Below, one piece after another: positions 35,895 to 46,200 of a DNA stretch of 64,000 bases; position 1 is the stretch's first letter; every line of letters starts with the position of its first letter. The position numbers and the translations under genes are program-made. The stretch lies in IMG/VR virus record IMGVR_UViG_3300037781_000006, positions 11,107 through 75,106 of that record. One strand, written 5' to 3'. The notes below the pieces were generated by a model. It was not told the DNA's origin and ran no database searches. It saw only the letters and a program-made list of their open reading frames with translations. The DNA comes from a virus. Lineage: Duplodnaviria > Caudoviricetes.

Positions 35895-36620
35895 ATGGAT
35901 GATATCTCCAACAAAACCACCGAAGAGCTTCTGGAAATCGTGGACAACACGGATGACAAGGAAGTGCTCCGGTACATCGCCAATGAACTCGAAGTCTCGT
36001 TCTCCGGCAACACGGGTGTAGGAACTCTGAAGGAGAAGATTCTCCCCGTCCTTCTGGAACGACAAGCTGCTGAAAACGAACCCAGCACCGAAGTCGATGA
36101 AGACCTGATGGGAGCACTGACGAACAAGACCACGACAGAGACTGCCGAAGTCCTGAAGAAGAAGTCCGTCATGGATCTTCCCCGGACTGCTCAGGCTCTG
36201 CTGAATCCCCACACTCCCGGACTGACCCATGCTGAACAGCGTGCCATCGTTCGTGCGAAGGCAATGCGTCTTCATCGTGTGCGGATCACGAATCTCGACC
36301 CGAACGATGCAGCCCTGCCGGGTGCCATCAAGACCGTCTACAACAAGTTCTGTGGCAAGGTCTCGAAGTACATCCCCTTCGGTGAAGAGAACGAACTGGG
36401 CTACCACGTCCCCGAGATCCTTCTCAACTCGATGCGTGAAGAACGCTATCCGATGCGGAAGGAGATCAAGCAGCGTGGTCAGAGCTTCGGTGTGAAGCAG
36501 TACAAGACCGTGCTGATGCCTCGTTTCGCCATCGAAGAACTTCCTCCGCTGTCGAAGGAAGAAGTCGAATCGCTGGCCAAAGACCAGAAGGCTCGTGGAG
36601 CCGTGGACGCTCACGACTAA
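35895..36620 (+). CDS. N4 gp55-like protein
   Basis: RVRITNLDPN, KYIPFGE, YHVPEIL, LPPLS..E...LA..Q motifs; synteny. Confidence 0.78.
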   Translation: MDDISNKTTEELLEIVDNTDDKEVLRYIANELEVSFSGNTGVGTLKEKILPVLLERQAAENEPSTEVDEDLMGALTNKTTTETAEVLKKKSVMDLPRTAQALLNPHTPGLTHAEQRAIVRAKAMRLHRVRITNLDPNDAALPGAIKTVYNKFCGKVSKYIPFGEENELGYHVPEILLNSMREERYPMRKEIKQRGQSFGVKQYKTVLMPRFAIEELPPLSKEEVESLAKDQKARGAVDAHD

Positions 36621-36632
36621 ACCCGCTATATC
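36604..36632 (+). promoter_or_regulatory. Candidate host sigma70-type late promoter
   Basis: TGGACG-N17-TATATC upstream of the gp54-like gene. Confidence 0.45.
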
Positions 36633-36659
36633 GGGTGAGAAAGCAAGGAGATCGGTGCA

Positions 36660-38012
36660 ATGAGCAATACCTTCGAAAACACTGACAACTCGTCCACGTT
36701 GGCGAATGGTCTGTTCACTGCACTTACGGCGGGGGTTACGATCCCCGCCTCTCCTGACTTCAGTGATTCCAAGTATGATTTCACTGCGGATCCAACATCT
36801 GATCTCTACAAAGACATCGTTGGAGCCACCGTTTCAGAGGTGACGGCTGGTGAAGGCACTCTGGAAGGTCCGGGTGCTTTTGACGTGTTCATGACTGCCA
36901 TGGACAAACACCTCGAACGAGAATTCAAAGGCAATCGCATCACTGGTTCACAGTACGCAGAGGTCTATACCGCTGTGGCAAACCAAGTGATGGGACAGGC
37001 CGTCTCCTTCACTCTCCAGAAGGACCAAGCGAAATGGGCTGCCGTCACCGCACAGATGCAGGCCCGTATCACTGAGATTCAGGCAACTCAGGCTCTGGTG
37101 GAGCTTGAACGAGCCAAGATCGAAGCTGCGAATGCGAACTTCCAACTGAACCTGACTGCTGCTCAGTATGGTTTGACGAAGATGCAGATCGCCACCGAAG
37201 AAGCAAAGCATGACTCTGTGACTGCTGATGTGGCCATCAAGCAATTCCAGCGGAACTACCAGCAACCGGCTGATCTTTCTGTCACGCACTACGAGCGTAC
37301 TGCTGTGATGCCTTCCACTGTGGCCATGAATGAGATGCAGACGGATCGGATCCTTCCTGCACAGGCTGCGATTGCTGAGTACCAGAACCAAGTGCTTCAG
37401 CCTCTGGAAGCTGATCTTCAGAAGCTGCAACGGGATCGTATCGTTCCTGTGGCTGCTGATATCGAAGAGTTCCGTCGTGACAACATGCTGCCTGTGGAAC
37501 TGGCACAGCAACAGCACATCCTGAACCAACGTCAGCCTGCTGAAACCAAGCTGGTGGAAGAACAGGTCGAGACGCAACGTGCCAACACTCTGGACACTCG
37601 TCAGGATGGTCTCACTCCGATCTCTGGTGTCATCGGTCTCCAGAAACGGAACCTCGTCTCTGATGCAGACATCAAGGACTACAACCTTGGGAACACGCTG
37701 CCTCGTCAGGTCGAGTTGGTTGGTGAACAGATCAAGCTCACCGAAGAACAGACCGAAGCAGAACGGGCCAAGACTCTGGATACCCGGAGCGATGGTGCGA
37801 CTGTCGAAGGTTCTGTTGGGAAGCAGAAAGATCTCTACGATCAGCAGATCGACTCGTTCATCAAGGATGCACAGCACAAGACTGCGAAGATGTATCTGGA
37901 CTCGTGGATCACTCGGAAAACTCTGGATATCGGTGTTCCGGTTCCGGCTGAGTTCTCTGAAGCCAATGTCTCCAGCGTCTTTGGGAACGTGAAGACGAAC
38001 AACAACCTGTAA
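36660..38012 (+). CDS. N4 gp54-like structural protein
   Basis: G.FDVFM..M..HL..EF...RITG; repeated (T/A)(Q/E)RA.TLDTR.DG; QQIDSFIKDAQHK. Confidence 0.78.
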   Translation: MSNTFENTDNSSTLANGLFTALTAGVTIPASPDFSDSKYDFTADPTSDLYKDIVGATVSEVTAGEGTLEGPGAFDVFMTAMDKHLEREFKGNRITGSQYAEVYTAVANQVMGQAVSFTLQKDQAKWAAVTAQMQARITEIQATQALVELERAKIEAANANFQLNLTAAQYGLTKMQIATEEAKHDSVTADVAIKQFQRNYQQPADLSVTHYERTAVMPSTVAMNEMQTDRILPAQAAIAEYQNQVLQPLEADLQKLQRDRIVPVAADIEEFRRDNMLPVELAQQQHILNQRQPAETKLVEEQVETQRANTLDTRQDGLTPISGVIGLQKRNLVSDADIKDYNLGNTLPRQVELVGEQIKLTEEQTEAERAKTLDTRSDGATVEGSVGKQKDLYDQQIDSFIKDAQHKTAKMYLDSWITRKTLDIGVPVPAEFSEANVSSVFGNVKTNNNL

Positions 38013-38024
38013 GGAGACTACCAT

Positions 38025-40751
38025 ATGGGTCTGTTCTCCTCGAAGAAGATCATCACCGTCTCCAGTACCTTGTACAACATGGCTGGGGACGAGGATGATC
38101 GCCCAGACTTTCTGAAGGGCACGATGTTCGGTGCAGTGATGGCGGATGCTCCATCTCTGGCCGATGAAATCACTGGTGCTTACTTCAATGGTCCGGGACA
38201 GAAACAGCTTCAGTTCTTCCGATACTGTCAGCAGGTGGATTACTCCATCATGCCGACGGCTTCTATCGTCAACTCTGCTTCTGTGGATGCCACAGTGGTG
38301 GCTGGAGAGATCCCTCTGACTTCTGTTCCTCCTGCTCCTGCTGGTTTGGAGATCGCAGTCTTTGAAGCGTTCGTGAGTGATGGTGATTTCGAACCATGGA
38401 TTGAGAAGTACATTCTTGCCAACATGCCTGAACGGATGGGTGAAGAATACCTTGGGGAATACGAACCCAACACTGACGAGTTCTCAATCGAGTTCCCGAA
38501 CAATGACTTCTTCTCGTTTGCGAACGATGGAACCTATGGTCCTATCTTCAATTCCGGAAACCGATACATCATCGCAAAGTACATCGAGTTTTCGGAAAGT
38601 TCTGAAGGGGATCTGGTTGAAGGAACTCCGGTCACAGTGAACACTCTTCCGGATGTCACTGACTTCGATCTGCAATCGAATACTCCGGGTTTTGCTCCTG
38701 CGACTCTTCAGCGGACTCGAACGACGACGTACAGCTACAACAACGGTGATCCGGATGAGATCATTGAAGATGCAGTGGATGCTGACGTTGCTGTGGAATT
38801 GAACCGTGATGTGGATGTCTACCAGCGAGAAGTGACGGTTGCTCAGAATGGTTTGTCTGTCGAAGGTGAACGTCAGACCTATACCTTCACTGGGGCAGAT
38901 GCAGTCATTGGTGGGTACTCTGACACCGTGGTGACGACCACAGATATGGGTGGTGGTGTGATCCGTACAGAAACCTCTGTTACCACTGGTGAGCAGGTGG
39001 ATGTTCTCTGGGACAGCAAGTACGACACACAGGCTCTCTACATCGGTGAGCAGTATGGTCCTGAGCAGATCTTTATCTATGAGGTGGGGACTGGGAATGC
39101 GACTCTGGATGATTTGGTAGGAGAGGTTGATGCTTCTGGTTTTCAGGAGTTTTTCCCCTTCGTTCCGGTACGAATCAACAACGTATCCATCGAAGAACCT
39201 CAGTATTCGGATCTGCTGGCTGAAAACGAAGCCATCTATCGTCGAGCATTCCCCGGCAAACGATTTGGAGAACTGGTTGAGACTGTCGAGGAAAACCCAT
39301 CCATCGACGACATCGACTATGCGTACCTGTGCTGGGGTGCTTCTCTGAATGCGAAAGACAATTCAGCGAAGATCTATGCCTATGACTTCTTCAAGAAGAT
39401 GATCCCATTCCAGAATTCTGGTTCTGGTTCAGCCATGTCTGATCATGAGGCTCGAATTGCTGCCTATGATCAAGCTGTGGCAGATCTTGCTGCATGGGAA
39501 GCTCAGTACGGAGACAATGACGGGAACGGGTTCAACTTCAATTTTGGAGAGATTCCTCCTCGTCCTGTGGTTCCTTCTTTGGCTCCTCCTCCGACGACAA
39601 CCATCAAGCTGAAAGACAGCAGCATTGGTATCGACTACCGTCTGACATGGGTTCACATCGAAGAAGAGCAGTTCACTGGGACGTTCGAAGTCGTCACTGG
39701 GATTCAGTCGAAGATCAAAGACTGCAAGATGGAAGTCGGTCCTGATGTGAATTGGGAAACCAAGCAATCCTTCAATGACAGGGAAGATTGGGACTGGAAC
39801 CGTGTGAATCAGAACTCGATTCCGTCGATGAAGATCTATCGTCAGATCGACGAGAACACATATCGAGTGCTGACAATCTGGGGACTGGTTTCTCAGAACT
39901 ACATCTATGGTGGTAAGGCAGTAACGATCACTTCCAAGCAAGCTCTTCAGGACGATGAAGAGTCTGGTTTCTTGGTTCCGCTGCACTACCCGACCATGCT
40001 CGAAATGAACATCATCGACTACACTCAACTGTGTACGTCAAACTCTCACATCCTTTTCAACTCGTATGAGGTGACGAAACAGAAATGGTGGCAACGAGGG
40101 ATCTTCAAGATCCTTCTGGTCATCGCAATCATCATCGTAGCAGTAGTGGTGTTTCCGGGTGCATTCGCAGCCGGGGGCGGGATTCTGGGAGGGAATCTGG
40201 CCATTGGCACTGCTCTGGGCCTCACAGGTACAGCCGCCATTGTGGCGGGCGTTGTGGCCAACTACATCGCGTCGATCATCATCGCAGAGGTGCTCAAGAT
40301 CGTTGGCACTGAACTGTTTGGTGAGAAGTGGGGTGCTCTCTTTGCAGCACTGGCCACCTTCGCCATCGGTATGGCCATCTCTGGTACATCTCTCTTCAGT
40401 GCAGAGGGTCTTCTTGGTTTGGGGAATGCTCTGGCAAACGGCTATGCTGGCTGGGTGCAGGGTGACATTGCCGAGATGCAAGCTGATCTGGAAGATGACC
40501 GAAGTGAGTATGAGGATCGTATGGAGTACATTCAGAATCTCATCGACGATCTGGACGGTGAAAGTAATTTGAATTTCAATCCGATGTCCCTTACAAGGGC
40601 CAAAGAACGTGGCAATTCTCGTGGATACCTCCCGGAAACCGCAGAACAGTACATCCGTCGAACCACAATGACGGGCACGCAGATCGTAGAACTCACCCAT
40701 GACATGGTGTATGAATACGTGACCATCGCCCGTACACTGCCGAGGAATTGA
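38025..40751 (+). CDS. N4 gp53-like structural protein
   Basis: MGLFSSKK..VSS.LYN.AG; KWWQRG.FK..L followed by hydrophobic segments. Confidence 0.78.
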   Translation: MGLFSSKKIITVSSTLYNMAGDEDDRPDFLKGTMFGAVMADAPSLADEITGAYFNGPGQKQLQFFRYCQQVDYSIMPTASIVNSASVDATVVAGEIPLTSVPPAPAGLEIAVFEAFVSDGDFEPWIEKYILANMPERMGEEYLGEYEPNTDEFSIEFPNNDFFSFANDGTYGPIFNSGNRYIIAKYIEFSESSEGDLVEGTPVTVNTLPDVTDFDLQSNTPGFAPATLQRTRTTTYSYNNGDPDEIIEDAVDADVAVELNRDVDVYQREVTVAQNGLSVEGERQTYTFTGADAVIGGYSDTVVTTTDMGGGVIRTETSVTTGEQVDVLWDSKYDTQALYIGEQYGPEQIFIYEVGTGNATLDDLVGEVDASGFQEFFPFVPVRINNVSIEEPQYSDLLAENEAIYRRAFPGKRFGELVETVEENPSIDDIDYAYLCWGASLNAKDNSAKIYAYDFFKKMIPFQNSGSGSAMSDHEARIAAYDQAVADLAAWEAQYGDNDGNGFNFNFGEIPPRPVVPSLAPPPTTTIKLKDSSIGIDYRLTWVHIEEEQFTGTFEVVTGIQSKIKDCKMEVGPDVNWETKQSFNDREDWDWNRVNQNSIPSMKIYRQIDENTYRVLTIWGLVSQNYIYGGKAVTITSKQALQDDEESGFLVPLHYPTMLEMNIIDYTQLCTSNSHILFNSYEVTKQKWWQRGIFKILLVIAIIIVAVVVFPGAFAAGGGILGGNLAIGTALGLTGTAAIVAGVVANYIASIIIAEVLKIVGTELFGEKWGALFAALATFAIGMAISGTSLFSAEGLLGLGNALANGYAGWVQGDIAEMQADLEDDRSEYEDRMEYIQNLIDDLDGESNLNFNPMSLTRAKERGNSRGYLPETAEQYIRRTTMTGTQIVELTHDMVYEYVTIARTLPRN

Positions 40752-40753
40752 CC

Positions 40754-41200
40754 ATGCAATTCAACAACTACAACAACGCGACGACCAACGGTGCTCAACT
40801 GAACACCACTCAGATGGGTATGAACCAAGTGGCAACTGGTGGTGCTCCCATGGGACAAGTGGGTGGCGCTGGAATCTCTGATGTCACAGTTCAGTCTCCC
40901 CAAGTCCCACAAGTCGGTGGGATGCAAGGACAGCAAGGATCCGGCTTCTTCTCTCCGCAGGGTGGTGCTGGTCTGATTCTGGGTGGGATTCAGGTTCTGG
41001 GGAACCTGTGGTCCAGCTTCCAAGCTCACAAGATGGCAAAGGAACAGATGGCCTTTGCTCGTGAGCAGTGGGACACAAACCTCGCAAACCAGACTCAAAC
41101 CTACAACACCGCTCTGGAAGATCGGATCCGTGGTCGGTATGCGACTGGGACACGCTCTGAAGAACAGCTTCAGGGTGAGATCGACCAGCACAGCCTGTAA
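40754..41200 (+). CDS. N4 gp52-like virion (ejection) protein
   Basis: G/Q-rich; YNTALEDRIR.R motif; synteny. Confidence 0.7.
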   Translation: MQFNNYNNATTNGAQLNTTQMGMNQVATGGAPMGQVGGAGISDVTVQSPQVPQVGGMQGQQGSGFFSPQGGAGLILGGIQVLGNLWSSFQAHKMAKEQMAFAREQWDTNLANQTQTYNTALEDRIRGRYATGTRSEEQLQGEIDQHSL

Positions 41201-41210
41201 GGAATAGATC

Positions 41211-41873
41211 ATGGCATATGGACCCGGATGGAAATCCCTACAGGTTGCAAACCCCAACGTGAGTGGACTGATGTCTCTCACCCAAGAGGGGTTCAACAAC
41301 GCTGGGGAAGCAGGACAGAATGTTCTAGCAAACTACGACGCAGGACAGAAGCTCAAGAATGATGCTGCTGTCGCTCAGGAACTGGCTGGGATCGAAACCC
41401 CGGAACAGTTGGATGCGTGGTTGAAACAGGGTGGTCTGAACGGACGAAACGTCTCTGGAGCCTCCATCGAAGCCATGATGGGACACCAACAGCGTGTTCG
41501 AGCGGCTGCTGCTGCACTGGCCTCAGAAGAACGGGCTGCTGCTCGTTCTGCAAGCTCTGGTGCATCCCGTTCTCGCTCTGGCGCTTCTCGGAGTCGTTCT
41601 GGTTCAGGGACTGGAACCACGACTGAAGAGGGTGTTTCGACTGATGCTCTGCTTCGTCTGGCTCTGGGTGAACCTGCTACGGCTCCTGCACCTGTTGCTG
41701 GGGAAACCACTGCTGTGGTTCGTCCTCAAGCTCGACCGACACAAACTGCACCTGTACCGTCTGGACCTGCTCCGTTCGTTCCGGGAGCAACATCTACGGC
41801 TGATTCTCCGGACCTCACCAGTCTGAGTGATGCAGATCTTGCGGCTGAAATCGCTGCACTCCAAGGAGGTTGA
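41211..41873 (+). CDS. gp51-like ejection protein, N-terminal part (220 aa)
   Basis: W..LQVANPN.SG start; Cys-free; in the gp51 position; AAGGA RBS. Confidence 0.55.
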   Translation: MAYGPGWKSLQVANPNVSGLMSLTQEGFNNAGEAGQNVLANYDAGQKLKNDAAVAQELAGIETPEQLDAWLKQGGLNGRNVSGASIEAMMGHQQRVRAAAAALASEERAAARSASSGASRSRSGASRSRSGSGTGTTTEEGVSTDALLRLALGEPATAPAPVAGETTAVVRPQARPTQTAPVPSGPAPFVPGATSTADSPDLTSLSDADLAAEIAALQGG

Positions 41874-41876
41874 ACC

Positions 41877-43196
41877 ATGACCGAAGAAGAGAAACAGGCT
41901 CGCCTCCAAGCTCTGCTGGCAGAACAGGCACGTCGTCAGCAAGCTGCACCCGCTGCTGCCCCTCAAGCGGCTCCTGCTGCTGCACCTTCTGCATCGGTGG
42001 CTCCTCCGCCCCAACGTGACATTGGTGCTGTGGTTTCGGCACTGGTGGCCAATGGTGGTATGGATACCGACCAGAACCGTGCAGTGAACTTCGCTTTCGA
42101 GCTTCAGGATCGTGATCGTGAAGCACAAGAACGTGCTCGTCGGGAACAGGAACGTCTGGCTGAAGAAGCTCAGTCTGAAGGCGTGGCTGATCTTGCTCTT
42201 GGTTTGGCTCTGAACCCGGAAGCTGATCCTGACAATCGTGCTGCTCTTTTGACTGATCCTGCTCTGGCGAACATGAGCGCGAATGATCGTCTGAATGCTC
42301 TGATCCGGACTGGTGAGATCTTTGATGGTCCTCTGGCTGATGTGGTCAATCCTGAAGTCGAACCTGATGCAATCTCTCGTTCTGCTGCTGAAGCGTATCG
42401 AGCACGGGAGAGTGCTCGTATCGAGAACTCTCTGCAAGCACGTCTGCTTGAGCAAGCACAGGAATTCCAAGGGGATCCGGTGAATGCACTGATCCGTGAT
42501 CTGGAAATCGGTCGTGATGGGGAAACCCGTGACGACTTTGATCGTCTGGATCTAGAACGTCGGATCGAAGCCATCTCCACGGAGTATGGTATTCCGCCTG
42601 AGCGAGTTGCTGTGGCAATGCACCAGAACTTCATTCGGGATCCAGACAATGACTGGGTGCCCTTCTTCGACATGACGCGGAACACCATCGAAAACCGTTT
42701 CCCGGAAGACAAGGTTCGAGACTTCATTGAGACGAACCTGAGTCCTGAAGCGATTGATGCTCATTACAATCGTGTCCGTTCGAATCAAGAGAACTCTCGT
42801 CGTCTGGGTCAGCTTGAGACTGAACTGACAGATCTTCGTGTCACTGCTGAACGGTATCGTCAGATTGGTCAGGAAATTCCTCCTGAACTCGAAGTGGCGA
42901 TTGCTGACACCCAGTCTCGCATTCGGACTTTCGGACAACTTCCTCCGGAACCAGAGCCAGAACCTGAACGTGATCCGAACCCGAGTGCTGAAGTCAGTGA
43001 TGACCGTATTCGGGAAGCGATCATCTTCGGGAACAACTACTTCACGCAAGCTGGGATCATGCCTCATGTCATTCACATGCGTCAGAACCCTGATCAGCGT
43101 GCTGCGACTCTGGAACGGATCCAAGCCCACATCCAGAATGACCAGAATCTGACGGCAGACCAGAAGAACATCCTCTGGGCAGTTGCCAACCAGTGA
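41877..43196 (+). CDS. gp51-like ejection protein, C-terminal part or separate ejection protein (439 aa)
   Basis: Same frame as the previous ORF, with its own AAGGAGG RBS; Cys-free. Confidence 0.55.
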   Translation: MTEEEKQARLQALLAEQARRQQAAPAAAPQAAPAAAPSASVAPPPQRDIGAVVSALVANGGMDTDQNRAVNFAFELQDRDREAQERARREQERLAEEAQSEGVADLALGLALNPEADPDNRAALLTDPALANMSANDRLNALIRTGEIFDGPLADVVNPEVEPDAISRSAAEAYRARESARIENSLQARLLEQAQEFQGDPVNALIRDLEIGRDGETRDDFDRLDLERRIEAISTEYGIPPERVAVAMHQNFIRDPDNDWVPFFDMTRNTIENRFPEDKVRDFIETNLSPEAIDAHYNRVRSNQENSRRLGQLETELTDLRVTAERYRQIGQEIPPELEVAIADTQSRIRTFGQLPPEPEPEPERDPNPSAEVSDDRIREAIIFGNNYFTQAGIMPHVIHMRQNPDQRAATLERIQAHIQNDQNLTADQKNILWAVANQ

Positions 43197-43206
43197 TACG
43201 AAGAGT

Positions 43207-43243
43207 AAACAGTCCTTCAGAACCTCACACTGAAGGACTGTTT
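43207..43243 (+). promoter_or_regulatory. Perfect 14-bp hairpin sequestering the vRNAP RBS
   Basis: AAACAGTCCTTCAG-9 nt-CTGAAGGACTGTTT, then C-ATG; SD GAAGGA lies in the 3' arm. Confidence 0.7.
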
Positions 43244-43244
43244 C

Positions 43245-46200
43245 ATGACAGACTCCCTTAAAAAAGTGTTGGCGTCGGTTCCAGAGAATGCTCTGAATCC
43301 GAATGCTACTCCTGCTGCTCCCTCAGTTGAGGAGGTTCTGACGTATCAGCAGAATGCTCCCACTCCAGTGGAGATGGAACTTCAAGGGATCCGGGATCGG
43401 TATCGTTCGGAAGTGGACGATACTGTGGTCAATCCGGAACTGGTGGAACGTCTTCGAGATCCTGATTTCGTCGAAGCTCTTGCTGTCTCTCGTCGAGAAG
43501 GCAACGATCTGACCAATGAAGGTTTCGGTCGTGACCTCTTCGAGATGGACTATGCTGGTTTGTATGATCGGTATGGTCGAGATGTGGCCAATGAAGCATG
43601 GCGAGTCCAACAGGGTCGTGCATCTGACTATGATGCACGGACTGGTGAACGAACCACTGGTCAGAAAATCGGAGATACTGCTCTCGATTTCATCTCTGGT
43701 TTCACTTCGATGTCTGGCAACACATTTGGTCAGGCATTCTCTGCTGGTATCTCTGCACTGGATCCCAATCGAACTGTTCGTGAAGGTGCTGTGGCAACTG
43801 CTCAGACCACTCAGGATTTGTCGGACTGGATCACCAGTTTCCAGTCTGATGAGCGTCAGGCTTTCGACCGGATCATGAACATTGAGTCTGGTCTGGACAG
43901 CAACGACAACGATGATCGGTTTCAGCAAGACATTGAGAACGGTGACTCTGTGTTCGCTGCTTCTCTGAAGAACATTGGTCGGGACATCCTCAGTACGACT
44001 GAACGTCTGATCGACAACCCATCGACGATTGCACCTTTGGTGGCTGAGAGCCTTGGTTCACTTGGACCTTCTGCCAAGATCGCTTCTGGTGGTTCCCGTC
44101 TGCTCAGTGGTGCTACGGCTCGTGCTGGAGGCAGTCAGACTGCCCAGCGTACTGCTGGGACTCTCGGTGCTGTAAGTGGTATCGGTCTTTCTGAAGCCTC
44201 TGGGGCCTATTCTCAGACCGTGAATGAAGTCATGGCAATGCCATTCGACTCTCTGGCTGAGAACTCTGATACCTATCGTCAACTTGTGGCAGATGGGATG
44301 TCTCCTGAAGATGCTCGAACTCAGGTAGCCGGTATGGCTGGTGAACGGACGTTTGTCCGTCAACTTCCCACTGCTGCTCTCATTGGTTTGGTTTCGTCGA
44401 AGTTTGAAACTGGACCGATGCGTTCGTTCCAAGGTGTTCCTGTCACTCAGAACCTTCGGACCATGGCATCTCAAGCTCTCGAAGAATCTCTTCAGGGTGG
44501 CACTGGGACTTTCAACACCAACGTGGGTGTTCGAGACTTTGCTGATGAGAACCGGAACCTGAGCCAAGGTGTCGGATCTGACATGGTGACTGGTGCCATC
44601 GCAGGTGCTGGTATGGCTGGTGTCACTGGTGCTCCGAGCACGACTGTGAATGCTCTCCGTGGTTTGCTGGGTGAGACCCAGTACAACGATCCTCTGCGTC
44701 AGGACATCGTTGGTGCATCCCCTGCTCGTAGGGCTGTACAGACGGCAGGAGAGGCTCTCTCGCCCATCGTGGATGCTGCTGCACCTGTGGTGAATGCTGC
44801 TCGTGAGCGGACCTCTGCTCTTGCTGGACGGGTATCTGAAGGTGTTCAGGAATATGCAGCCCGTCCGTCGTCCAAGGAAGTCACCCAGTCTGTGGAAGCT
44901 GCGGTGAACATTACCGAGGGTTTGCGTGAAGCGGTGGCAACAGGACAGCTTGAGGATACGGTTGCACAGATCGTATCACAGCCTGATACAGACGTTCCGT
45001 CTGCCAGCTTCACTGATGTGGCTGGTGGAAACCGGAGCCTGATGGACAACATCACTGGGATCACTGCGAAACTGGGATCGAAGAAGTTCCGTCCTTCGAC
45101 TGCTGACACTGCATATGCTGCTGCTCAGTATCAGAAGCTGCGTTCTGTGGTGGGTGCTCTTCCGAAAGATCTCCAGACTGAAGCTGGTCGTATCCTGTCT
45201 TCCAAACTGGTTCAGGAACTCTCTGCCAAGGCTGAGAAGCTCGATCTGAACCGGAACCCGGAAGATGCAGATCCGATCACGACTCTGAATGTGGCAAAGA
45301 CGAACCCTGCTAACGTCAATCCTGATGTGGCTGACAAGATCCTTGAGGAGTCTGGTGAAAACCTCACTCCGGAAGAAGCACGGTATGTTCGTGTGGCTTC
45401 GAAGATCGGTCGTATCGTCAACCGGAACGTCGAAAAGCAGGTTGAGATCCGGACCAATGAGAACATCAATCTCACTCAGGCGTCCCGTCCGAAGAAACAG
45501 GATCTGACCGTGGAAGGAGTATCACGGCAGATCCATGCTGAAGGGAAGACCGATGCCAATCTTCGGGCAAAGTATCGTTCCATCAACGACTTCGCACGGG
45601 ACATCCTGAGTGCTGTGCAATCCGGAGAACAGACCGGGGCCTATCCTCCGGACGCTACAGTCATCAACCAAAAAGGACAGGTAGTGCCTGTTCGTCAGGT
45701 CATCCAAGAGATGGCCAACTTTGCCCAGCACATGAAGAACAAGGTGCAGGCACTGAACGAGTCTATCGCTGATGGTTACACCACTCAGGGTGGACTTCGT
45801 GGTGGTAAGCTCAAGGACTTCGATGGTTTGGTGAACGGGAAGTTCCAGAACTCTTCGTTGTCTTCCAATGGTTTGCGTGGTGTTCGGTATTCCCCGGACA
45901 ACGCCAACAGTGTTGCATTTGCGCAACAGGTTGCTCAGGACCAGAACGATCTGATCGAGGTCTACAATACCCTGCTGCAAGAGTTCCCTGAGACCTTCGA
46001 AGGTTTTGAAGCTATCGAGCCTGTTGTTCTCACTCCAGCAACAGTTTCTGGGGAAACTACCCAAAATGACACTGATTCGTCCGTGGAAACAGACGAGCAA
46101 CCAACGGGTGTCGAGGAGTCTTCCGACGCCCCGGCGGAGGAAGCGACGAGCACCAGCGAGGATCTTCAAAACCCAACGGCTGACGAAGAGGTGAGCAGTT

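Noticed and set aside
9603-41873. Genome-wide TGA recoding suggested by two in-frame TGAs (9603 and 41871)
   Set aside because: TGA is used as a normal stop in many coupled ATGA/TGATG junctions
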